Positions 9,021-17,401 of a stretch of DNA of 32,716 nt are shown here, one piece after another; within the stretch, counting starts at the first letter, position 1, and each line of letters begins with the position of its first letter. The notes beneath the pieces are model-generated. The model did not search any database. It worked only from the letters and a program-made list of their open reading frames with translations, and was not told where the DNA came from. Both the position numbers and the translations under genes were made by a program. The DNA is taken from NCBI GenBank assembly GCA_964532395.1, contig CAZHHS010000002.1:222-32937 (forward strand), given 5' to 3'. This DNA is from an uncultured Desulfobacterales bacterium. Lineage in GTDB: Bacteria > Desulfobacterota > Desulfobacteria > Desulfobacterales > C00003060.

Positions 9021-9472
9021 ATATGTCCGTCGAAACGGGAATCGTTGAAAGCATTGAAAACGGTTGGGCCCACGTATTGACCCAACGCAAGGGCAGCTGC
9101 GAAGGCTGTAGTCACAAGGGGCACTGCCATATCATCCCCGGCATGGATAAAATGAGTGTAAAGGCACGAAACGCCGCCCAGGCCCGGGTGGGAGACCGGG
9201 TCGAGCTCCGGCTAAGTTCGAAAACGCGACTCAAGGGCCTTTTTGTCATGTATATGTTTCCGGTCATCGGGCTCCTGGTCGGCGCCTTTTCAGCGGACGG
9301 TCTGTCAAAGCTGATCGGGCTGAACCGGGATTTCGGCCTTTTGGTGTTTACCCTACTGGGTCTGGTGCTGGCACTCCTTATGGCCCGATGGGTCAGCCGA
9401 CGTATGGAAAGACGACAAGAACTCACTCCGGTGGTCTTTCGAATCCTCCGAAGCACCAAAGCGCCTTCCTAA
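9017..9472 (+). CDS. RseC/MucC-family (SoxR-reducing-system-like) membrane protein
   Basis: 151 aa. The N-terminal soluble domain has a Cys/His cluster (CEGCSHKGHCH), followed by two TM helices. Its ATG overlaps the fdhD stop (ATGA). Confidence 0.7.
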   Translation: MNMSVETGIVESIENGWAHVLTQRKGSCEGCSHKGHCHIIPGMDKMSVKARNAAQARVGDRVELRLSSKTRLKGLFVMYMFPVIGLLVGAFSADGLSKLIGLNRDFGLLVFTLLGLVLALLMARWVSRRMERRQELTPVVFRILRSTKAPS

Positions 9473-9497
9473 GGCCCACAAAACCCACTCCCAGGTC

Positions 9498-9526
9498 TTG
9501 ACAATCCTCCCAAGAAACCATATTGT
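9498..9526 (+). promoter_or_regulatory. Sigma-70-like promoter (TTGACA-17 nt-TATTGT)
   Basis: Near-consensus hexamers with exact 17-nt spacer in an intergenic region, about 85 nt upstream of a strong SD and a small ORF. Confidence 0.4.
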
Positions 9527-9610
9527 ATACCTTGACTATATATATAGAGAAATTAAACAAGCGTGAATGTGTGTAAGGGTTTGTCGACCACTGGTAAAGG
9601 AGGTGAGACC

Positions 9611-9685
9611 ATGAAAAGGTTCATGTTGCCCAGAACGGCCCATTGTTCGGAAGGCTGTAGTCTGAAGCCCTGGGCATGGCTCTAA
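9611..9685 (+). CDS. 24-codon small ORF (MKRFMLPRTAHCSEGCSLKPWAWL) with strong SD
   Basis: AAAGGAGGTGA sits 4 nt upstream of the ATG and a consensus-like promoter lies upstream. There is no recognisable family, and it could equally be part of an sRNA. Confidence 0.3.
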   Translation: MKRFMLPRTAHCSEGCSLKPWAWL

Positions 9686-9723
9686 AAGGCCCTACGTACA
9701 CGTTTCTACGGGGTTGCAATACT

Positions 9724-9744
9724 AAAAAAAGGCCCCAAAGGGCC
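9724..9744 (-). terminator. Rho-independent terminator of the O-methyltransferase gene
   Basis: On the minus strand, GGCCC-TTTG-GGGCC is followed by TTTTTTT, 10 nt after the stop codon. Confidence 0.65.
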
Positions 9745-9753
9745 AAGCCACGT

Positions 9754-10749
9754 TCAAACCACCCCCATCATAACACCCGAATCCGTCGGCCCGTGGAAAG
9801 GCATCCGCTCAATTTGACGGATGCCGGCGCCGGAAAGCATCTCCCCAATCTGTTCTTGCGAATATGCACGCCCTTTAGGGGTGCCCAAGAGCATATTCAA
9901 GGAAAACAGGGCCGGAAACAGGGGGCCGTCCATCGTGTCGTCCAATATGAAATCGTGGACCAGGATCTTGCCCCCCGGTCCGAGTACCGACACCGCTTTT
10001 TCAAGGATTTCCCGACAAGCCTGGGGACCGTGGGCGTGCAGGATATGGGACAGCCAGGTGACATCATATCCGCCGGGAATATCCTCTTTCATATAATCAC
10101 CGGGGACGAACTCAATGCGGTCTGACAGTTCGAACCGCCCGATGATCTTTTCCGCAAACGGTCGCGTCGTCGGCAAGTCGTAGACCGTTGCCTTCAAGTC
10201 CGGGTTCCTCAAACAAAAATGAACGGCATAGGTGCCCGGTCCGCCGCCCAGGTCCAACAGCCGGTGACACCCGGAAAGGTCGATCGCTTCTGCCATGGCG
10301 GGCGCCGTACGCATCGCCGTATTGAACATCCCCATGAGAAATGACTCCCGCCATTCCCCTTCGCTGTAAGATGCCCGTTTCCGGACCGGCTTGCCCTCGC
10401 GAACCGCCTCGTCCAACTTCACCCATGATGCCGCCAGATGGTGATGGTGGAGAATCATGTGCCCGATGTACCCGTCGGAATCCTTGCACAGCAGAGACCG
10501 ACCGGCCGGCGTATTGGCAAACCGGTCCCCCTCCTTTTGAAGCAGTTTCATTGCCGTCAGGGCATGAAGAAGCGTCTCCGTGCCCCGTCGATCCCCCTTC
10601 AGTCGCTCTGCGATTGTTTCAACCGAGAGGCTATCATCCCCAATCAGGGTGAAAACCGCCAGTTTGACCCCGGCATGCAACGTACAACTCTGCCAGTAAT
10701 ATCCGGACAGTCCCAACAGACTCCCTTCATGCCATTCCTCGTTTTCCAA
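9754..10749 (-). CDS. Class I SAM-dependent O-methyltransferase (winged-helix dimerisation domain plus Methyltransf_2-like domain)
   Basis: 331 aa with SAM motif LLDLGGGPGTYA, an acidic D after the beta2 strand (VYDLP) and a GDY...D motif. Confidence 0.85.
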   Translation of the reverse strand: MENEEWHEGSLLGLSGYYWQSCTLHAGVKLAVFTLIGDDSLSVETIAERLKGDRRGTETLLHALTAMKLLQKEGDRFANTPAGRSLLCKDSDGYIGHMILHHHHLAASWVKLDEAVREGKPVRKRASYSEGEWRESFLMGMFNTAMRTAPAMAEAIDLSGCHRLLDLGGGPGTYAVHFCLRNPDLKATVYDLPTTRPFAEKIIGRFELSDRIEFVPGDYMKEDIPGGYDVTWLSHILHAHGPQACREILEKAVSVLGPGGKILVHDFILDDTMDGPLFPALFSLNMLLGTPKGRAYSQEQIGEMLSGAGIRQIERMPFHGPTDSGVMMGVV

Positions 10750-10784
10750 ATCAGACCTCCAAGAAACCCACTCTGCGGTTCATC

Positions 10785-12170
10785 TTACATCATGCCATAT
10801 TTTTTCAATTTTTTGTGAAGCGTCCGGCGGGTAATGCCCAGTCTTCTGGCCGTCTCACTCTTGTTACCGGCGGCGGCATCGAGAGTCGCCAGCACCGTTT
10901 TCTTTTCGACTTCCTCCAAGGAAAGTTCCGCGGAAACCGCCTCAGGCTCGGGAGGTTCCTCTGCCGGAGCCGGACGGACCTCCCCCTGGATGGACAGAGG
11001 TAGATCCATTTCGGACACATACTCCCCTCGGGAGAGAATCACACAGCGCTCGAGCGCATTCATCAGCTCCCGCACATTTCCCGGCCATTCATATCGCAGG
11101 ATTCGGTCCATGGCATGCGGGGAAAACCCTTTAATCTTTTTTCGGTTCTTCTCGGCGAATGAATCCAGAAAATGCTGTGCCAAAAGCGGAATGTCTTCGC
11201 GACGGGCTCTAAGGGACGGCACGGGAAGGGTCACCACATTCAGGCGGTAATAAAGATCTTCTCGGAAGGCACCTTCCTCGATTTGGGCCATCAAATCCCG
11301 GTTGGTAGCGGCAATGACCCGAACATCTACGTTTATAACCTGCTCCCCGCCCACCCGTTGAATCTCTTTCTCCTGTAACACCCGGAGCAGTTTGGCCTGC
11401 ATGGCCACCGACATTTCACTGATTTCGTCCAGGAAGATGCTTCCCTTGTGGGCCAGGGCGAAACGGCCTTCCTTGCGACGATCGGCTCCCGTAAAGGCCC
11501 CTTTTTCATGGCCGAAGAGTTCCGACTCCAACAGAGTCTCCGTAATAGCCGCACAGTTTACTTTGATAAAGGGCCCGTTCCGTCTGGCACTATTACGGTG
11601 TATCGCCGTAGCCAGCAGCTCTTTACCGGTTCCCGATTCCCCGGTGATCAACACCGCCGCCTCTGTAGGGGCCACCATGGCCACGGTTTCCAGCAGGTTC
11701 ACCATGACCTCGCTTCGGCCGATAATATCACCTGTGTCGAATCCGGCCCCCAGGCTTTCTTTGAGCGCCCGATTCTCTTCCTTCAACCGACTGTGGTCCA
11801 TGGCCCGCTCGATGACGAGACGGAGTTCATCAAAATCGAGCGGTTTGGTCAGATAATCATACGCCCCCTTTTTCAAGGCATCCACGGCGGTTTCCACGGA
11901 AGAGTAGGCCGTCATAATGATTACCGGTATGGCGGGATTGAATCGTTTGATTTCCGCCAGGGCCTCCAGGCCGGAGAGTTTTACCATACGCACGTCCATC
12001 AGGACCAAGTCATAGGATCGGTCACACACCTTATCGACACCCTCTCGACCGTCCGCCGCCTCCGCCACGGCATACCCCCAGCCCCCCAGTATGGTCCGCA
12101 GCATGGCCCGGTGCCCAGGGTCGTCATCCACTACCAGAATCGTCTTTTCCGCCTCAGACACGACCGTCAT
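10785..12170 (-). CDS. Sigma-54-dependent response regulator (NtrC/ZraR/AtoC family)
   Basis: REC domain (VVDDD...MDVRM...KP), AAA+ activator domain with GESGTGKE and the GAFTGA loop, and a C-terminal Fis-type HTH (ETARRLGITRRTLHKKLKKYG). Confidence 0.92.
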   Translation of the reverse strand: MTVVSEAEKTILVVDDDPGHRAMLRTILGGWGYAVAEAADGREGVDKVCDRSYDLVLMDVRMVKLSGLEALAEIKRFNPAIPVIIMTAYSSVETAVDALKKGAYDYLTKPLDFDELRLVIERAMDHSRLKEENRALKESLGAGFDTGDIIGRSEVMVNLLETVAMVAPTEAAVLITGESGTGKELLATAIHRNSARRNGPFIKVNCAAITETLLESELFGHEKGAFTGADRRKEGRFALAHKGSIFLDEISEMSVAMQAKLLRVLQEKEIQRVGGEQVINVDVRVIAATNRDLMAQIEEGAFREDLYYRLNVVTLPVPSLRARREDIPLLAQHFLDSFAEKNRKKIKGFSPHAMDRILRYEWPGNVRELMNALERCVILSRGEYVSEMDLPLSIQGEVRPAPAEEPPEPEAVSAELSLEEVEKKTVLATLDAAAGNKSETARRLGITRRTLHKKLKKYGMM

Positions 12171-14007
12171 CCTCCCGCCCCGTGTCCATCAAGACCACGG
12201 TCACCTTCGTTCCCCGGCCCGGCTCACTTTCAATATTTATTTCCCCGCCGTGGGCCTCGACAATCTTGTGGACGATGGCCAGACCCAGACCGGTTCCGTC
12301 GGCCTTGGTCGTAAAATAGGGATCAAATATCCGCTCTCGATCTTGTGTCGGTATTCCCGGCCCATCGTCGCTAATGGTAATCATCGTGCATTTCTTTGCC
12401 TCGTTTCGAGACACCGCCACCGCCATCGTGCCCCCGTCCGCCATGGCTTGGATGGCATTCAGGTACAAATTGAGTAGCACCTGGCTCATTCTGTCCGCGT
12501 CTACGTTGATCTCCGGTAAATCGTCCGGAATGACCGCTTCCAATTCGACACCTCGGGAACGGGCATCTCCCTCAATCAGTCTTAATGAATGCCGAACCAA
12601 ATCCGCCACTCGAACCGGCGCAGTAGACAATTGACTGGGACGGGCAAACTCGAGTAATTGCCCGATCACTCGGTCCAACCGTTCCACCTCTTGGATCATG
12701 ATCCTGGCCGTTTCCTGATCTTCCGGCACTTCCCGGAGCTTTTCCTTGAAATAGGTGGCGAACCCCTTGATGGAGCTCAACGGATTGCGAATTTCATGGG
12801 CCACACCGGCCGCCAGGCGACCCACAGCGGCCAGCCGTTGACTCCGTTTCACTTCTTGTTCCAAACGCCGCACTTCCGTAAGATCACGAAAGATAAAGAC
12901 ATATCCCAGGAAGGCCCCGCCCTCCCGTCGCACCACGGAAGCACTCACGCGAAGCGGGACAATGGCATTCGCACCGACTCTGCATTCCATATCTTGCTCC
13001 ACGATGGTGTTCTTGTCCTTTAACTCCCGGCTCAGCTGCCACAGCTCCGGTGGTAATGCCTCCTCGGCCGACTCACCGATCACATACGTGTGATACTTGC
13101 CCAAAATGGTTTCCGCCGTGTCGTTGAAGGCGGCCACCCGACCCCTTTCATTTGTCGCCACCAGCCCCATGGGAAGATGGCCCACTACCTGGTCGGAATA
13201 CGCCTGTACCTCGGCCAAAGACCGCCGGGCCAGCTTATATCCCTGGGCGAGAAACAACGATACCATTCCGGCCAAACCGGCAAAGAGGACTCCCGCAGAC
13301 ATCATGAGCGTATTTCGGGTCGCTTCAGCCCTCGCGGACTCCAGCGGGGCCACTTCCAATCCGACGAATATGAAATGAACGGGCCGACGGGGACCTTGCG
13401 GGGGATTCCAGTAAAACCGGCACCAGTCCCCCTGATTGGCCCCGTTGTTTCCAAAAGGACCGTCAAACCTTTCCCACTCCCATGACTGGGTGCGGGACAT
13501 GATCATCCCGCGGCGCCGCAGGGTCTTGCGGGCATGGGTTATACCGATCGGGGAAAAGGCCCGGTATACTTCAAATACGGAGGTTCCGTCTTTCATCCGG
13601 ACCCGCTGCCATTTTTCATCATCTTCACTCTCCAGCACCACCTCCGCATTGAGTTTGTGATGAACCTTTCCAATCCGTTCCGGATCGCTGTGTGCCACCG
13701 CCCTTCCCCGTTCATCCGTAACCGCCAAGTAAACGATGCCGGGTTCCCGTGCGGTTTCCACGAGTAGCCGCTGCACCTGCATACCGCTCCATCCCATGCC
13801 CATCATGCCCGTTCTGGCACCGGCCTCAAAGGAACGTATCAGGGCGGCCCCCTTTTCCACCAGGAGCCGGGTCATGTTTTCCTTGTCCTTGTTGATGCTG
13901 TTGGCCGCCATAAAAAAGGCGATCGGCGCCAGCACGGCGAGACTGCCCAACACCGCCCATGGTAGGACCAACATCCACAAACTTCTTTTCTCTGTTTTTC
14001 TCATCAC
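12154..14007 (-). CDS. Membrane sensor histidine kinase with periplasmic domain (ZraS-like)
   Basis: 617 aa with two TM segments flanking a periplasmic domain of about 190 aa, a PAS-like region, HisKA (GVAHEIRNPL) and HATPase (DDGPGI, GTGLGLAIV). It overlaps the regulator start by 17 nt. Confidence 0.9.
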   Translation of the reverse strand: MMRKTEKRSLWMLVLPWAVLGSLAVLAPIAFFMAANSINKDKENMTRLLVEKGAALIRSFEAGARTGMMGMGWSGMQVQRLLVETAREPGIVYLAVTDERGRAVAHSDPERIGKVHHKLNAEVVLESEDDEKWQRVRMKDGTSVFEVYRAFSPIGITHARKTLRRRGMIMSRTQSWEWERFDGPFGNNGANQGDWCRFYWNPPQGPRRPVHFIFVGLEVAPLESARAEATRNTLMMSAGVLFAGLAGMVSLFLAQGYKLARRSLAEVQAYSDQVVGHLPMGLVATNERGRVAAFNDTAETILGKYHTYVIGESAEEALPPELWQLSRELKDKNTIVEQDMECRVGANAIVPLRVSASVVRREGGAFLGYVFIFRDLTEVRRLEQEVKRSQRLAAVGRLAAGVAHEIRNPLSSIKGFATYFKEKLREVPEDQETARIMIQEVERLDRVIGQLLEFARPSQLSTAPVRVADLVRHSLRLIEGDARSRGVELEAVIPDDLPEINVDADRMSQVLLNLYLNAIQAMADGGTMAVAVSRNEAKKCTMITISDDGPGIPTQDRERIFDPYFTTKADGTGLGLAIVHKIVEAHGGEINIESEPGRGTKVTVVLMDTGREDDGRV

Positions 14008-14188
14008 TTGCCTGTGCGTGTTTCCAACGGCCTACAGGCCCCCAATCCACCCCAATCTTTGGGTGAGCAATTTTCAGGCCACTAGCCCTACCCCCCGGGG
14101 CGGCCGACCGATTCGCCGCCGCTTGAGGCGCAACAGGACCCGGAAGGGGGGATAAGCATGGCATGCCCCCCTTCAACCCGGGTATTTT

Positions 14189-14204
14189 GTATCCACATGG
14201 ATAC
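14189..14204. promoter_or_regulatory. Perfect palindrome GTATCCA-CA-TGGATAC; candidate enhancer (UAS) for the sigma-54 activator
   Basis: It lies 130-145 bp upstream of the -24/-12 promoter. A half-site, GTATCCAC, recurs at 14231-14238. Confidence 0.5.
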
Positions 14205-14333
14205 GGACGCGAAAGATTACTGTGAACAAAGTATCCACTTGGGAGCTCCCCGTCAACGGTAAACTCTGCTCAACGAATGGCGCTACGTTTTTTTATCCAA
14301 ACATATCAAGATGTTATATTTAGCAAGGCGCCC

Positions 14334-14348
14334 TGGCACATCCTTTGC
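14334..14348 (+). promoter_or_regulatory. Sigma-54 (-24/-12) promoter TGGCAC-ATCCT-TTGC
   Basis: Exact match to TGGCAC-N5-TTGC (GG-N10-GC), 60 nt upstream of the zraP-like ATG and divergent from a sigma-54 two-component pair. Confidence 0.8.
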
Positions 14349-14407
14349 CAGTATGGGTTGCCAATTGGTATTGAACAACAACTTAAACAAGAAGGAGGTC
14401 GCAGAAA

Positions 14408-14893
14408 ATGAAAAAATGGATAACCACTTTGGGCATTGTGATACTGGGTGTATGCATCGCCATGCCCGCCTTTGCGGGGCACGGAAAGCGAAAGGGCCAC
14501 GGGTCTTGTTGGAAAGGATCCGATACCCGCGCAAATCTAACAGAGGAACAACAGGCCAAACTCGAGGCACTGCACGACGACTTCTACGCGGACACTGCCG
14601 AAATCCGACATGAACTCTGGGCCAAGACGGATGAGCTGGGGATTCTTCTCGACCGCACCGATCCCGACCTGGAAAGGGCGAAATCCTTGCAGAAAGATAT
14701 CAGCGAACTCAAAGGCCGAATGGCCCAAAAGCGACTCCACCGTAATATCGAAGCCCGGAAGATCGCGCCCGACGCGTCGATCGGCCGTGGTCACGGCAAA
14801 GGTCCGCACGGCCGGCGCCACATGAGGGGCGGTCAAGGAGAAGGCCATCCCTGGGGAAGGGGGCGAGGGTGTCAGCGTCCCTGCGGGTATTAA
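14408..14893 (+). CDS. Periplasmic CpxP/Spy/ZraP-family protein with Gly/His/Arg-rich tails
   Basis: Signal peptide (ILGVCIAMPAFA), LTxxQ motif (LTEEQQAKLEAL), helical core, and His/Gly-rich N- and C-terminal segments (GHGKRKGHG; GRGHGKGPHGRRHMRGGQGEGHPWGRGRG). Confidence 0.8.
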   Translation: MKKWITTLGIVILGVCIAMPAFAGHGKRKGHGSCWKGSDTRANLTEEQQAKLEALHDDFYADTAEIRHELWAKTDELGILLDRTDPDLERAKSLQKDISELKGRMAQKRLHRNIEARKIAPDASIGRGHGKGPHGRRHMRGGQGEGHPWGRGRGCQRPCGY

Positions 14894-14979
14894 CTCCCCG
14901 ACATCGCGTTAAGACCTAACATTAAGACCGGACTTAGACCGGACTTAAACCAGAATAGACTCGAATACGGCCGCATTTC

Positions 14980-15022
14980 TCGCCCTCCGCGCCTCACGCA
15001 TAACGGGACGCTCGGAGGGCGA
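14980..15022 (+). terminator. 10-bp stem-loop (TCGCCCTCCG / CGGAGGGCGA) downstream of the zraP-like gene; no U-tract
   Basis: Perfect 10-bp stem with a 23-nt loop. A tandem 11-bp repeat AGACCGGACTT x2 sits at 14925-14946 just upstream. Confidence 0.3.
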
Positions 15023-15057
15023 AGGAACATGTGAGATAAAAGCCAAGGGAGGAGACC

Positions 15058-15291
15058 ATGTACAACTATGACGTAACTAACAGACTGGGATCACCGATGT
15101 TGGATATGCCGAAAGGCTTTGATTTCGGCGAGCTGGCGATTCAACGACCCGACAACCTGCCGCTTGAGGTGGATTCCAAGTTAAGCCGATATAACGAGGC
15201 AATTAAACGTTTCGACATTCAGGAGGCGGAACAGGCGGCAGACGAAATCCTGGAATGGCTCCACTCCAACGGTACCGCAGATCCGACCTGA
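15058..15291 (+). CDS. Hypothetical acidic 77-aa protein
   Basis: Strong SD (AAGGGAGGAG) 4 nt upstream of the ATG. No motif I recognise. Confidence 0.5.
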   Translation: MYNYDVTNRLGSPMLDMPKGFDFGELAIQRPDNLPLEVDSKLSRYNEAIKRFDIQEAEQAADEILEWLHSNGTADPT

Positions 15292-15368
15292 CACAGGCCG
15301 GGGCACACCACGGCGCCGGGAACGGCAATGGCAGGGGCTCGGAGATGGGGGTTCATGATCCCCCGTCG

Positions 15369-17360
15369 TCACACGGCCTCGGCAGTGTCCACCTTTTTAT
15401 GCAGGTCATTTAATCCGGACAGTCGACGACTACGAACCAGAGGTAGATGGAGACCCAATACCGCACTATGCGGATTGCAAAGAAAATCCATGCGCTTTTC
15501 AACCGATCGGAAGGTGGATTCCCCGGATTGAAACCTTTCGATCTGCTCGGCGACGTCCTCAGTGGCCGCCGCTGCCACGTCAAGCCCCAGCCGTTGCGCT
15601 ATTTCCTGTAAGATCTCTCTGTGAAGACGGGACGCCGCCAGGGGAGAAATGACAGGGGAAAGCGTACGCAGGTTCTCCGCGTAATCCACGATCGTACCAT
15701 GACTCTCATAGACCGTGGCAGCGGGAAGTACGAGGTCGGCCTCGCAGGCAAGGCCTGACAAATGCGAACATTGGGCGATCACGAATCCCGTGTTCTCCGG
15801 TCTCGAAACCGCCACGTCTCCCAATGCATATAAGACGTCCGGGCTATCCGTATCGATGGTCGGCTTCCCGGTAATCCCCATCAAGAGCGTGCCTTTTCCG
15901 TTGGCCTCAAAAGGGACGGATAAGACCTGACCCTTTTTCAAGGCCAAATTGCGAGATGCCTGGAAGAAAGCCGGTATCGTCACGATCACCGGCCGATTTG
16001 CCTGGGCGTAAAGCGCCGCCGCCGCTTGCTCGGCTTCATGGTTCACCGACACCGGGTTTTGTTCGCTATTCAGTATTTCGGTCAGGCGCTGAATCGAGGC
16101 GAGCTCGTCCCCGGCAAGGACTGCGTGCGCCACCTGAGCAATCCGTGTATCCGCGGCATTAACGACCACCAGTTTGGTACCACGCCGAACCATGTGTCGC
16201 AGCGTAACGTCCAGTGCAGGAAACACGCCCTCCCATTGGGACGGCGCCAATCCGACCAGCACAACCAGATCCGCCGCCCGAATATCCACCTGTCCCGCAA
16301 TAAGCGACGGCACATCGCCGTATAACCCGACCGTCGAAGACGCCGCCTGAAAGCCGGCCGCCTCGGTCAAGCGGCGAACGGTCAGTAAGTCTTCGTTTAA
16401 CAGATTTCCCGCGGTCACGATTTCCTTGGTTGTGGCCCTTTGACAGGCCTCGATGAGGACAGACAAAGCATCTTCCCAGGCAACCGTTGTAAACGTTCCG
16501 TCAATTTTTTGTAAAGGGGTGCTCACCCGGGTATCATCATCGATACCGTCAAACCCGAATCGGCCGACGGCACAGATATACTCTTTCGCCGTATCGCCGT
16601 CACCGGGGGCGTTTACTTTTTCCACTCTGCCCGCCCGGACGCTTACCGACGTGCTGCACGCGTCCGCACAAGACAGGCATATAGAAGGACGACGGACATA
16701 CTCCCATTCTCTACCCCGGTATCCGCCGGCAGGGACCTCGGTAATGGCATTGACGGGACATACCTCTACACAACTGCCGCAAAAGGTACACCCCGATTCT
16801 TGAAGCGGTCGGTCGGCCGCAGTGGTGACACGGGATCCCACACCTCGGCCAAAAAAATCGAGGACCGACGTGCCCTGGGCCTTACAGACGCGGACACACC
16901 GGCCACACAGAACACAATAGTTGGGGTCTCGACGGATAAGGGTATTGTCTTGGGCCACGGGAAAATCAAACCGCTTTTCAGTAAATGAAGATTTCTTGAG
17001 ACCCAGGTCGTAAGCATATTCCTGTAATCTGCATATACTCGCCTTCGTACAAGTCATGCAGTCCATGGGATGCATAGAAAGGATCAAATCGATGACATAC
17101 CTTCTATGTGTTCGGAGGACTTCGGTTTGCGTACTTACCTCCATGCCGTCCTTGGCCCGTGTGGTGCAAGCCGCCATGGGTCGTTTCAAACCGGCCACCT
17201 CCACCAGGCAGAGTCTGCACGCCCCGATTCCCTTATACCCTTTCAAATGGCAGAGGCTGGGGATGTGGATTCCCGCCTCTTCGGCAGCATCCATTAGCGT
17301 GATGCCTTCCGGCACCTCAAGCACTTGTCCGTCCATTGTAAGTTGTATTGAACCGGCCAT
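15369..17360 (-). CDS. NuoG/HydA-N-terminus-like Fe-S subunit with a degenerate molybdopterin-oxidoreductase domain (no catalytic site seen)
   Basis: It has a 2Fe-2S ferredoxin fold (C...GACRLCLVEV...C), a His/Cys cluster (HPMDCMTCTKASIC) and 2x[4Fe-4S] (CVLCGRCVRVC, CTFCGSCVEVCP). A MopB-type CLSCADAC...C cluster is followed by ICAVGRFGFD. There is no Cys/Sec-His active-site motif, no H-cluster motif and no C-terminal cap domain. Start set at ATG 17360 (GGGAGGA SD); the track start 17417 is the alternative. Confidence 0.8.
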   Translation of the reverse strand: MAGSIQLTMDGQVLEVPEGITLMDAAEEAGIHIPSLCHLKGYKGIGACRLCLVEVAGLKRPMAACTTRAKDGMEVSTQTEVLRTHRRYVIDLILSMHPMDCMTCTKASICRLQEYAYDLGLKKSSFTEKRFDFPVAQDNTLIRRDPNYCVLCGRCVRVCKAQGTSVLDFFGRGVGSRVTTAADRPLQESGCTFCGSCVEVCPVNAITEVPAGGYRGREWEYVRRPSICLSCADACSTSVSVRAGRVEKVNAPGDGDTAKEYICAVGRFGFDGIDDDTRVSTPLQKIDGTFTTVAWEDALSVLIEACQRATTKEIVTAGNLLNEDLLTVRRLTEAAGFQAASSTVGLYGDVPSLIAGQVDIRAADLVVLVGLAPSQWEGVFPALDVTLRHMVRRGTKLVVVNAADTRIAQVAHAVLAGDELASIQRLTEILNSEQNPVSVNHEAEQAAAALYAQANRPVIVTIPAFFQASRNLALKKGQVLSVPFEANGKGTLLMGITGKPTIDTDSPDVLYALGDVAVSRPENTGFVIAQCSHLSGLACEADLVLPAATVYESHGTIVDYAENLRTLSPVISPLAASRLHREILQEIAQRLGLDVAAAATEDVAEQIERFQSGESTFRSVEKRMDFLCNPHSAVLGLHLPLVRSRRLSGLNDLHKKVDTAEAV

Positions 17361-17401
17361 TGATCCTCCCTGACACACCTTTTCATCCACGGTCTGCACA
17401 A

